A stretch of DNA of 64,000 nt from Patescibacteria group bacterium (GTDB taxonomy: Bacteria > Patescibacteriota > Microgenomatia > UBA1400 > PJMF01): contig JBGTEY010000007.1 of assembly GCA_041747555.1 (NCBI GenBank), positions 11,426-75,425 of the forward strand. Reading direction: 5' to 3'. This document shows, piece after piece, positions 9,300-18,351 of this stretch. The notes below the pieces were generated by a model, which worked only from the letters and a program-made list of their open reading frames with translations, had not been told where the DNA came from and did no database searches. The position numbers and the translations under genes were made by a program. Each line of letters begins with the position of its first letter. Within the stretch, counting starts at the first letter, position 1.

Positions 9300-11711
9300 A
9301 TGGTAAGGATGGCCAAAACTACTTCTGAACCTGTTGCTCAAAATAGAGGGCATGTACTGTGCGTGATTCTTTCTGAAAACCAAGTGCAGTCGTTTCTCGT
9401 TGCGTACGGCTCAGATGGAGTTGAAATTCTAGAACAATCTCAAGCGGTGCCGTATGGCGACACCAAGTCTGTTGTCAAAAGAGTTGATGACAGCCTCCAA
9501 GATCTGGGCAAGGAATCAGAGAACATAGATCAAGTTATTTTTGGTGTTGAGCATACCTGGATTACACGAGGAGATTTAGCACCAGAGAAACAAAAAATTA
9601 TCACCACCATTGCAGACGCACTTTCATTGAAGCCACAGGGCTTTGTAGACTCACTCGAATCATTAATTCAGAAGCAACTTCATATCAGTCCTAGAAGTTC
9701 AGAAATTATGGTGGAAATTAGTCAGGCATCGATTTCTATAGGAGTTGTTATCCATGGAGACCTTCGTGGAATAGAGGTCATTGGTAGATCAGCATCTATT
9801 GTTGACGACATTGGTGAAGGATTTGCGCGTTTTGCGGTAAATTTAGAGCCTGATGGTGTGTATTTGCCTACTAAAATAGTCCTGTCATCACTCGATGTTC
9901 CTGAAGATACGCTTCGCAAATTTCAGCAGGAGTTGTTGGCAATCGACTGGCCATCTCAGTCGAGGTTTTTGCAATCCCCAGCGATTGATGTGTTGTCGCG
10001 AAACTTAAGTGTAACGATTATTGCTGAAGAAGCAGGTAAAGGAGTTGCGCTCGCGAATGATATTCCAGTTGCTGCTGATTTGAGCAGTTCAGGAGAAGTC
10101 AACGAGGTGGTGAATGCAGATGAGGACGAGCCTTCCGAAGACTTTGATTTTAAACCTGTTGCCACCAGTGTGACACCTGTTGCAGCAGCGACTACAGGTG
10201 CAGCTGTCGCAACAGCCAGTTCAGTCACAGCGGGTGAAGCTGTAGTGAGCCCTGATTTACTCGACACTAAATCGGGAGAACCTAAAACTGCACGCCCTAA
10301 AGCTGAATTCTCTGAAGCAAAAACTTTTGGAGTGCCTATTACCTCGAAGCAATTAGCCGAAATAGAACTACAAGCAGTGCGCAAGGGTGAGCTACCTGAC
10401 GATAGTGAAGCGACAGCAGTTGAAACCACGTCAGTCTGGTCAAAGGTATTATCTGGAGTAACCACGCTTTTTAGTCGATCTCAGGCAACTGCTCGACCTG
10501 CGTCAGGGTCACATGCTCATAATCCAAAACGATTTATAGTAATTGGGGTATTGGCTGGCTTGATAGCACTTTTGGGATTGAGTGTCTTGGGGACAGTATT
10601 TTTCTCATCAGCTGTGGTCACAATTATCCCAAATAAACAGTTAGTTAGTAAAACACTATCGCTCACCTTGGATGAATCTGCAACTTCACCAGATGCAGCT
10701 TCACTAACACTTCCTGCAAAACAAGAAACGGCATCACTTTCTGATGAAAGCACCGCACCGACAACAGGCACGACATTGGTAGGAGAATCTGCAAAAGGTA
10801 CGATAGAAATAATAAACAAGACTACATCTAACAAAATATTTGCTGCTGGTACTGAGGTTACAACTGGCGAGCTTACCTTTACGTTCGATGAAGAAGTTGA
10901 AGTACCAGCAGCAGTTGTTGAAGAGGATCCAGAAGAAAAAGAAGAGGTCAAAAAATTTGGTGAAGCAACGGTTGCAGTCACTGCCTCAATAATTGGATCT
11001 GACAGCAATATCGAGGGCGGCACGGAGTTGACCGTAGCATCATTTGATAGCTCGACTTACACTGCGCGCGCAACTGAGGCATTTACTGGAGGAGAAGAGC
11101 GAGAAGTAAAAGTTGTTTCTGAGAAAGATCGCACCGACATCCAAACCGCTATGCTCCAATCATTATTGGAGGAAGTCAATAAAGAATTTAGAGAAAAAGA
11201 ACAAAATGGCACTCGATATTTACCTATCGAGCGTGTTGAGGTAGTAAGTGCTGAATTTAATAGAGAAGTTGGTGATGAAGCCAATGAAATAACACTCAAA
11301 CTTGAGGTGACCGCCGAAACACTTTCATACGATATCTCTGATCTAAAGCTTATTACCCAAGAAGTCTTACAATCTGAAGTTCCAGAAGGATATGCTCTGG
11401 TGAATAAAGAGCCAGATATTCTATCTCAACCCATCGATCCCTCTGAAAATGAAGACGATGAGGAAGGAGTAGACTCGTTTTTAATCAAGGGAGACGTTAG
11501 TTCAGCAGCAGTACCTACATTTGAAAATCAAAATCTTGCGCAAGATATCGCGGGCAAATCTATAGAAGAAGCAACCAGGCAACTCAGAGAACTAGATTCG
11601 GTGAAATCTCTCAGCATCACACTCAGACCCTCTCTGTTACAAAATTTCTATTCGCGGTTACCCAAAGACCAGCAGCGAATTGAAATCAAAGTGTTGGTAG
11701 AGGAGGAGTAG
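9300..11711 (+). CDS. Hypothetical 803-aa bitopic membrane protein. It has a ~400-aa N-terminal cytoplasmic domain, possibly a degenerate actin-like FtsA/PilM fold, then one TM helix and an acidic Thr/Ser/Glu-rich ectodomain.
   Basis: Long ORF with a TM helix at FIVIGVLAGLIALLGLSVLGTVFF, about aa 405-428. N-terminal patterns HVLCVILSENQVQSFLVAYGSDGVEIL and DDIGEGFARFAV loosely resemble actin-fold phosphate loops. The alternative start at 9309 has a better SD. Confidence 0.45.
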   Translation: MVRMAKTTSEPVAQNRGHVLCVILSENQVQSFLVAYGSDGVEILEQSQAVPYGDTKSVVKRVDDSLQDLGKESENIDQVIFGVEHTWITRGDLAPEKQKIITTIADALSLKPQGFVDSLESLIQKQLHISPRSSEIMVEISQASISIGVVIHGDLRGIEVIGRSASIVDDIGEGFARFAVNLEPDGVYLPTKIVLSSLDVPEDTLRKFQQELLAIDWPSQSRFLQSPAIDVLSRNLSVTIIAEEAGKGVALANDIPVAADLSSSGEVNEVVNADEDEPSEDFDFKPVATSVTPVAAATTGAAVATASSVTAGEAVVSPDLLDTKSGEPKTARPKAEFSEAKTFGVPITSKQLAEIELQAVRKGELPDDSEATAVETTSVWSKVLSGVTTLFSRSQATARPASGSHAHNPKRFIVIGVLAGLIALLGLSVLGTVFFSSAVVTIIPNKQLVSKTLSLTLDESATSPDAASLTLPAKQETASLSDESTAPTTGTTLVGESAKGTIEIINKTTSNKIFAAGTEVTTGELTFTFDEEVEVPAAVVEEDPEEKEEVKKFGEATVAVTASIIGSDSNIEGGTELTVASFDSSTYTARATEAFTGGEEREVKVVSEKDRTDIQTAMLQSLLEEVNKEFREKEQNGTRYLPIERVEVVSAEFNREVGDEANEITLKLEVTAETLSYDISDLKLITQEVLQSEVPEGYALVNKEPDILSQPIDPSENEDDEEGVDSFLIKGDVSSAAVPTFENQNLAQDIAGKSIEEATRQLRELDSVKSLSITLRPSLLQNFYSRLPKDQQRIEIKVLVEEE

Positions 11712-11712
11712 C

Positions 11713-12669
11713 GTGAGTACAAACCCTGTCGACATGCATGAACAGTTGGTGTCACTCTATCGGAGAGCGCTTCTTAGTGGAATTGACATGTCAGAGGTTG
11801 ATGACAAGATCTCAGAGTTTTCAGTTCGGCAAGATGCGAGTGAAAAAGTAGAAGAATTCCATGATGCAGAGCGAATCGGTCGAACGAAACGCGCTCTACC
11901 GACGCTGATGCGGGTAGGATCATTCTCGATTCCAGCACTTTTTATTGGAGTTGGCCTGTATTTGGTTGGGACTGCGGTTGTTCCAATCTTGGGATCATAT
12001 ATTTCGGCAACGTCTCAGTTGCAAGCTGCACAACTGATGGCGCCTATTCCTCAAGAAGAAGTTCTTGATGTTACGCCATTAGTGATCACTCAAGAACAAC
12101 CGAGTGAAAAAAGTCAGGTAGATTTGCAATCTGAGCCACAAATTATTGACGAGGCACTTGACTACACCAACTTAAATAATTGGTTTGCAGACGCAACCTT
12201 GCCAGAGTTGGCAAATGCAAAAGAAGTTGAAGGCGAAGAATATATTGTCGATATACCTAAGCTTAATGTAAGCAACGCTCGAGTGAAGGTTGGTGGTACC
12301 GACTTGGATGAGAGTTTAATCGCGTATCCAGGCACTGCGCTCCCAGGCGATGTTGGAGCACCTGTAATTTTTGGACACTCAGTGTTACGGGCCTACTACA
12401 ACCCTAGTGAAAAGAATTCACGCCGCTACAATTCCATATTTAGTACCATTATGACGCTCAAGGCCGGTGATGAAATCTTTGTCACCCAAGATGGGGTAAA
12501 ATATAAATATCTGGTTCAAGAAAAAACAGAAGTAAAACCAGAGGATGTGTATATCCTGAAACAAAACTACTCGGTGAAGCAGCTCAAATTAGTAACGTGC
12601 ACTCCTGAGGGAACATACCTTCGACGCGGCGTGGTTACTGCAACTTTGGTCCCGTTTGCTGAAGAATAA
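11713..12669 (+). CDS. Sortase-family transpeptidase, membrane-anchored
   Basis: GTG start 1 nt after the upstream stop and preceded by AGGAGGAG. N-terminal TM helix. Catalytic His in VIFGHSVLRAYY. The TLxTC motif appears as KLVTCTPEGTYLRRGVVTA, with the active-site Cys and the conserved Arg. Confidence 0.75.
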   Translation: MSTNPVDMHEQLVSLYRRALLSGIDMSEVDDKISEFSVRQDASEKVEEFHDAERIGRTKRALPTLMRVGSFSIPALFIGVGLYLVGTAVVPILGSYISATSQLQAAQLMAPIPQEEVLDVTPLVITQEQPSEKSQVDLQSEPQIIDEALDYTNLNNWFADATLPELANAKEVEGEEYIVDIPKLNVSNARVKVGGTDLDESLIAYPGTALPGDVGAPVIFGHSVLRAYYNPSEKNSRRYNSIFSTIMTLKAGDEIFVTQDGVKYKYLVQEKTEVKPEDVYILKQNYSVKQLKLVTCTPEGTYLRRGVVTATLVPFAEE

Positions 12670-12672
12670 ATC

Positions 12673-13074
12673 ATGACAATCCCACCCAAAACTCTCGGAA
12701 TTGATTTTGGAACCAAGCGAATAGGTTTGGCTGTTACGTATGCGTCACTGGTAGAACCACTTGAGGTGATCAGCTATCAGGAAATTGGGCAAGCTCTAAA
12801 CCGAATAGTGGAAATCTGTGAAGAACATCATGTTGAGCAAATCGTGATCGGAATTTCTGAGGGTGAAATGGCTGACAAGACAGAGGTCTTTATTGGATCT
12901 CTGAGAGAAAAATTAACGCTACCAATTTTCACCACTGACGAGACACTCTCTTCCCAAGAAGTTCTGAGCAAGCTCGCTAGTCAAGGAAAGCAACATAGTG
13001 GTCCCAAGTCAGGACCTATCGACCATTATGCCGCAGCAATAATTCTTGACGAATGGTTGTCTACTCGACCATAA
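12673..13074 (+). CDS. ruvX: Holliday-junction resolvase-like nuclease RuvX/YqgF
   Basis: LGIDFGTKRIGLAVT at the N-terminus is the YqgF signature. 133 aa. Confidence 0.8.
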   Translation: MTIPPKTLGIDFGTKRIGLAVTYASLVEPLEVISYQEIGQALNRIVEICEEHHVEQIVIGISEGEMADKTEVFIGSLREKLTLPIFTTDETLSSQEVLSKLASQGKQHSGPKSGPIDHYAAAIILDEWLSTRP

Positions 13075-13090
13075 TGTTTCATGTAAAATA

Positions 13091-13486
13091 TTATTCGTCT
13101 GAGGTTTTTCGGTGTGACTCTAGTTTTTTTAGAAATTTGTCGTGGATTGCAACATATTCTTGATGAAGGTCTTCTAGCTCGCTATCTGCAAGATCTTCTA
13201 TTTCCAGCAAATGTAGTCTTGCGCCTTTCACCGCGCGAATGAGCTCGTCTAGTTTGAGGTGCACTGCCTTGGTATCTCTGTTTTGCGTATTTTGAATCAG
13301 AAATACCATTAAAAACGTAACAATTGTTGTCATGGTGTTGATAAACAACTGCCAGGTGCTCGAATAATTAAATACGGGTCCGAGAGAGAACCAGATTACA
13401 ACTATGGCAACAGCAGTGAGTGACGCCCAAACTGAGCCGGTAATTCGAGAGACTGTAGATGCTATTTTTCTGAAAGTATCATTCAT
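13091..13486 (-). CDS. Low-affinity iron permease family small membrane protein (PF04120-like)
   Basis: WFSLGPVFNYSSTWQLFINTMTTIVTFLMVFLIQNTQNRDTKAVHLKLDELIRAV matches the conserved core of that family. Confidence 0.6.
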   Translation of the reverse strand: MNDTFRKIASTVSRITGSVWASLTAVAIVVIWFSLGPVFNYSSTWQLFINTMTTIVTFLMVFLIQNTQNRDTKAVHLKLDELIRAVKGARLHLLEIEDLADSELEDLHQEYVAIHDKFLKKLESHRKTSDE

Positions 13487-13580
13487 GCTTACTACTATAG
13501 CATGACATGGAAAACTTGTTCCTGCTGAGATTTATGAGCGCTCCTGGTATACTCGTTTGGTATCAAATTAGGGATTTCAG

Positions 13581-14606
13581 ATGAACGATATTTACTCTGA
13601 TGAATCAATTCCACCTCAACTTACAAGGCCAACACCATGGGCAAGGCTTTTGATTGCACTCGTGATGTTTCTACTGGTAGTGGGTGCAGGCGTCGCTTTT
13701 TTAAGTTTTGAACTTTTGCAACCTACCAATTCTAGTCAAGAGTCAGTCAATTTTATAATTCCAAAAGGTCAGTCGGTTGCAGTTATAGCTCAACGGCTTG
13801 AAGACCAAGGGCTTATTTCTCATCCTTTGGTATTTAGAATAGTTGCACGCTACAAAGGTATTGAACAACAGATACAGGCTGGGACGTTTGAATTGTCTTC
13901 GAGTCAGTCTGTGTTCGAAATAGCAGATACCCTTACCCAAGGTACGGAAGATCTATGGATCACACTGCTTGAGGGATGGAGAGATGAGGAAGTAGCTGAG
14001 TATTTAGCGTCGCAGGATTTGCCACTATTTGATGAATCTGAATTTTTGAACCTCGCCAAAACTACGCCAGGCAGGCTTTTTCCGGATACGTACCTGATTC
14101 CACATGAGATGACCTCCACACAAATTCATTCGTTGCTCGTGAATACCTTTGAGACCAAAGTTATTGAAGGCCTCGAGGCAGAAATTGCAGATAATCCTCG
14201 AGATTTTCAAGATGTGCTCGTTATGGCTTCTTTAGTCGAGCGCGAGGCACGAGAGTATGAGCAGATGAGACACGTAGCTGGCATCCTCTGGCACAGAACA
14301 AACATTGGAATGGCGTTGCAAGTGGATGCAACGTTGCAGTATACACGCGGGTTTGATCCAGCAGCTGATTCCTGGTGGAGTCCACCAAGAGCTACAGACA
14401 AGACAATCTCGTCACCATACAATACATATGCGTCACCAGGTTTGCCACCTACTCCAATTTCAAATCCAGGCCTCAATGCCATCAAAGCGACCCTTGACCC
14501 AATCGACAGTAATGATTTATTCTATCTTCATGCTCGGTCGGGAGAAATGTACTACGCCGAGACGCTACAAGAGCATAACGCAAATATAGATAGATACTTG
14601 CGTTAA
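13581..14606 (+). CDS. mltG: Endolytic murein transglycosylase MltG (YceG family)
   Basis: N-terminal TM helix. MASLVEREAR and the C-terminal YNTYASPGLPPTPISNPGLNAIKATLDPIDSNDLFYL are YceG hallmarks. Confidence 0.8.
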   Translation: MNDIYSDESIPPQLTRPTPWARLLIALVMFLLVVGAGVAFLSFELLQPTNSSQESVNFIIPKGQSVAVIAQRLEDQGLISHPLVFRIVARYKGIEQQIQAGTFELSSSQSVFEIADTLTQGTEDLWITLLEGWRDEEVAEYLASQDLPLFDESEFLNLAKTTPGRLFPDTYLIPHEMTSTQIHSLLVNTFETKVIEGLEAEIADNPRDFQDVLVMASLVEREAREYEQMRHVAGILWHRTNIGMALQVDATLQYTRGFDPAADSWWSPPRATDKTISSPYNTYASPGLPPTPISNPGLNAIKATLDPIDSNDLFYLHARSGEMYYAETLQEHNANIDRYLR

Positions 14607-14626
14607 TTTTGAGTGTTTGTTACAAT
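14599..14626 (+). promoter_or_regulatory. Promoter of the rpoBC operon with an extended -10 (TTGCGT-N16-TGTTACAAT)
   Basis: -35-like TTGCGT 14599-14604. TGn plus TACAAT at 14618-14626. The -10 and start region GTTACAATCAACGTTTCAA is shared almost verbatim with the rpsL promoter. Confidence 0.5.
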
Positions 14627-14702
14627 CAACGTTTCAATGTAGCAGTACCTAGCGGAGTATCTCTTGCTGACGAATACGTTTTTTCAATTACAGAGTTCTG
14701 AA

Positions 14703-14740
14703 AAAGAACCATTTTTTAGTGGTTCTTAATCTGTTTTTTA
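14703..14740 (+). terminator. Hairpin plus U-tract in the rpoB leader. Likely an attenuator or partial terminator.
   Basis: AGAACCAttttttaGTGGTTCT stem-loop followed by CTGTTTTTT, about 100 nt upstream of the rpoB ATG. Confidence 0.4.
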
Positions 14741-14840
14741 ACCGCAATCCAGAAATAAGGGTTGTGGGTCGTCTGCGTCAGTCAAATTTACTGCCAATAC
14801 TACCGCTTGAATTACATACAATCAGATTAGAGAGGAGCGC

Positions 14841-17800
14841 ATGAATCATTCGCCAAGACAAAACTGGGGTAAAACATACAAGCTTCTTCCCGAGCTTGAT
14901 CTCGTCAAGCTACAAATAGATAGCTACTCTCAATTCTTAGACCATGGTATCCGAGAATCCTTACAGGAAGTTAACGGAGAAAATGGCATAGAAGATTACA
15001 CCGGGAAAAACTGGTCACTCCGATTTGGTGAATATCGCTTCGCACTTCCAAAATACACAATTTCACAAGCCAAGAAGAAAGGTGTTACTTACGACATTCC
15101 TTTATATGTCGAGGCAACGCTCGTAAACAAAAAAACTGGTGAAGAGCAAACTCAAGAAGTCTTTTTGGGCGATATGCCTAAGATGACACCGACTGGCACG
15201 TTTGTCGTTAACGGAATTGAGCGCGCAGTTGTGACACAATTAGTGCGTTCACCTGGAGTATTTTTCTCTAGTGATGTTGATTCCAGCACTGGTCGAGAAC
15301 TTTTTCAGGCAGAACTTCGTCCCAAACGTGGCTCATGGCTTGAAATAACTGTTGGTAAGCGAGACATTATCACCGTTAAAATTGACCGTCGACGAAAAAT
15401 GCCGGTGTCCGTTCTGCTCAGAGCCATTGGTTTAAGCAGTGACGAAGAGTTGTTGGAGGCGTTCAAAGACGAGCTTTCAATGGACGAATTTAATTTACTT
15501 CAAAACACCTTAGAAAAAGACGCTACTAAATCTCGAGAAGAAGCTCTTATCGAAATCTACGAAAAAATGAGACCTGGTGAGCCAGCAGTGCTCGACACAG
15601 CCCGCGAGTTCTTAAAGCAATTGTTCTTCGATCCTAGACGGTACGATCTAGGTGGAGTTGGTCGATACAAATTGAATCGCAGACTTTCAGTCACCGTCGA
15701 TCCAGAAACGACCACCCTTTCACCCGATGACATTATTGCTTCAGTCAAATACTTGATTCGATTGCAAAATGGTCAAGGTAAAGTCGATGACATTGACCAC
15801 TTAAGCAATCGACGAGTTCGTCAAATTGGTGAGTTGGTAAAAGACTCAGCACTGAGAATTGGACTTATTAGATTAGAGCGATCAATCCGTGAAAAAATGT
15901 CTTTAACCAAGACAGACGAGTCACTCAGTCCAGCGGCCCTCGTCAACGCTCGACCACTTATCGCCACTATTTCAGAATTCTTCAGAAGAAATAGACTTTC
16001 TACAATCTTGGATCAAACCAACCCACTTTCAGAAATTGATAACTTACGTCGGTTGTCTGTTATGGGTTCTGGTGGTGTTACCAGAGAGCGCGCTTCATTT
16101 TCTATGCGTGATATTAATGCGTCACAGTATTCTCGTATTGACCCGGTTCGTTCTCCAGAAGGTCCAAATATTGGACTCGTTACCTATCTCGCACTCTATA
16201 CCAAGGTCAATGACTTCGGTTTCTTGGAGTCTCCATACCATCCCGTCAAACGGATTGGTGAAAAAATGAAAATCGAAGATGAAATTGTCTACATGGCTGC
16301 AGACGAAGAAGAAGACTACAAAATTACTCACGCTGGTGTAGAAATCAGTGACGCTCGATACATTACCCAAGAGTGGGTCCCGATGCGTCATATGAACAAC
16401 TTTATTGAAGGTCCAATGACAGACGTTCAATATGTTGACGTTGTGCCTCGACAAGTGATTGGTACTTCAGCATCACTCATTCCATTTATTGCTCATGATG
16501 AGGCCAACCGTGCGCTCATGGGAACCCACATGCAATGTCAAGCTGTGCCGCTCATCATGCCTCAAGCACCAACTGTTGGTACGGGTATGGAGCGAGCAGT
16601 TGCAATTTCTATGGGAAGAACAGTTGTTGCTCGACATTCAGGAAAAGTTACCTACGTTGACGCAAATAGAATTGAACTCACTTTGAGCAAAAAAGACGCA
16701 GACGCCGCCAAAAAAGAAATCAGAGACGAAGGTGACGAGAGCACTAAGCTCGATGGAACTGTAGAAACCTACTTCGTCACAAAATTCTTCAGAACCTCAC
16801 AGAGCACCTGTTACTCACAAAAACCAATTGTCAATTTAGGCGATGAAATAACTGCAGGAGACGTTATTATTGATGGTCCATCCGCAGATAATGGTGAGTT
16901 AGCACTTGGTGCAAACCTTGTGATCGCATACGCATCATTCGATGGACTTGGTTATGAAGACGCTATTGTTATTTCTGACCGATTGGTTCAAGAGGATGTC
17001 TTAACCTCAATTCAAATTAACGAATACAAATCACGAGTCATGGACACCAAACTCGGTGTTGAAGAACTCACCAATGACATTCCAAATGTCAGTGAAACCT
17101 ACCTCAGTAACTTAACTGCAGAAGGTATCATTAGAGTTGGAAGTGTTGTTAGCGCAGGCGACATCCTTGTTGGAAAGATTGCTCCTAAAGGTGAAACTGA
17201 ATTGACTCCAGAAGAGCGATTGCTCCGTGCTATCTTTGGTGAAAAATCCCGAGAAGTACGCGATACCTCACTGAGACTCCCTCATGGAGAATCTGGAACA
17301 GTCATTGACGTCCAGGTTCTTGATAGTGATCTTGGTGATGAGCTCGATCCAGGCACACTCAAAGAAGTGATCGTCAAAGTTGCACAAACCAGAAAAATCA
17401 CCGTTGGTGACAAGCTTGCTGGTCGCCATGGTAACAAAGGTGTTATTTCAAAAATCGTGCCAACAGCAGATATGCCTCATTTAGATGACGGTACTGCAGT
17501 CGACATTATTATTTCACCACTTTCTGTGCTTGCTCGTATGAACCTTGGGCAATTGCTCGAGTCTCATGCGGGATGGGCAGCGTCTAAACTTGGGTACAAA
17601 ATTGCCGTTCCAGCCTTTGAACAGTTCGATGAAAAACGAATTTGGGATGAATTGGAGCGCGCAGGTTTGCCAGTCACCGGAAAAGCAACCCTTATCGACG
17701 GCCGAACAGGTGAAAAATTCAGCGAACCAACAACAGTCGGTATCGGATACATCTTGAAACTTTCACACATGGTGGAAGACAAGATGCATGCTCGATCAAC

Positions 17801-18341
17801 TGGTCCATACTCACTCGTTACCCAACAGCCACTCGGTGGTAAAGCACAAATGGGTGGACAGCGACTGGGAGAAATGGAAGTCTGGGCACTCGAAGCACAT
17901 CGTGCAGCGCATACGCTTCAGGAAATGTTGACTATAAAATCTGATGACGTCACCGGACGTGCCAAAGCGTTTGAAGCAATCGTTAAAGGTCTCGAGATTC
18001 CTGCACCAACCGTGCCTGAGTCGTTCAGGGTCTTGATGCGCGAGCTCAATTCACTTGGTGTGAACGTTGTCCCTCATGAAGCCCAAGAAGAAGAGGAAAT
18101 CATCCCGGTAGTTGTTTCAGATGATGATCAGGGTGACGATCCAGTCAGCGATGATCAGTCAGATGATGATGACACCGACGATGACGATTCAGAAGATGAG
18201 CTCATCGATGAGGATACTGATGAAGAAAAGAGCGAACCAGACGAAGACGAAATCAAACGCCTGGAAGACGGAGACATCGATGACGAAACTGAAGACGATG
18301 TTGAAGTTGAGAGTGAACAAGATGAGGAAGTAAGGGAGTAA
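14841..18341 (+). CDS. rpoB: DNA-directed RNA polymerase subunit beta, with a ~110-aa strongly acidic C-terminal extension
   Basis: 1166 aa. Canonical beta motifs are present, for example NMQRQAVPL-like MGTHMQCQAVPL, GDKLAGRHGNKGVISKI and GGQRLGEMEVWALEAH. The tail DDDQGDDPVSDDQSDDDDTDDDDSEDELIDEDTDEE... is lineage-specific. Confidence 0.97.
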   Translation: MNHSPRQNWGKTYKLLPELDLVKLQIDSYSQFLDHGIRESLQEVNGENGIEDYTGKNWSLRFGEYRFALPKYTISQAKKKGVTYDIPLYVEATLVNKKTGEEQTQEVFLGDMPKMTPTGTFVVNGIERAVVTQLVRSPGVFFSSDVDSSTGRELFQAELRPKRGSWLEITVGKRDIITVKIDRRRKMPVSVLLRAIGLSSDEELLEAFKDELSMDEFNLLQNTLEKDATKSREEALIEIYEKMRPGEPAVLDTAREFLKQLFFDPRRYDLGGVGRYKLNRRLSVTVDPETTTLSPDDIIASVKYLIRLQNGQGKVDDIDHLSNRRVRQIGELVKDSALRIGLIRLERSIREKMSLTKTDESLSPAALVNARPLIATISEFFRRNRLSTILDQTNPLSEIDNLRRLSVMGSGGVTRERASFSMRDINASQYSRIDPVRSPEGPNIGLVTYLALYTKVNDFGFLESPYHPVKRIGEKMKIEDEIVYMAADEEEDYKITHAGVEISDARYITQEWVPMRHMNNFIEGPMTDVQYVDVVPRQVIGTSASLIPFIAHDEANRALMGTHMQCQAVPLIMPQAPTVGTGMERAVAISMGRTVVARHSGKVTYVDANRIELTLSKKDADAAKKEIRDEGDESTKLDGTVETYFVTKFFRTSQSTCYSQKPIVNLGDEITAGDVIIDGPSADNGELALGANLVIAYASFDGLGYEDAIVISDRLVQEDVLTSIQINEYKSRVMDTKLGVEELTNDIPNVSETYLSNLTAEGIIRVGSVVSAGDILVGKIAPKGETELTPEERLLRAIFGEKSREVRDTSLRLPHGESGTVIDVQVLDSDLGDELDPGTLKEVIVKVAQTRKITVGDKLAGRHGNKGVISKIVPTADMPHLDDGTAVDIIISPLSVLARMNLGQLLESHAGWAASKLGYKIAVPAFEQFDEKRIWDELERAGLPVTGKATLIDGRTGEKFSEPTTVGIGYILKLSHMVEDKMHARSTGPYSLVTQQPLGGKAQMGGQRLGEMEVWALEAHRAAHTLQEMLTIKSDDVTGRAKAFEAIVKGLEIPAPTVPESFRVLMRELNSLGVNVVPHEAQEEEEIIPVVVSDDDQGDDPVSDDQSDDDDTDDDDSEDELIDEDTDEEKSEPDEDEIKRLEDGDIDDETEDDVEVESEQDEEVRE

Positions 18342-18351
18342 GAAAGGGATT

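Noticed and set aside
18112-18333. Met-rich 73-aa plus-strand ORF inside the rpoB acidic tail. Many other short ORFs sit inside rpoB/rpoC, fusA and the ribosomal genes on both strands.
   Set aside because: They are alternative-frame artefacts of long genes. The composition is driven by the GAT/GAA repeats of the real frame.
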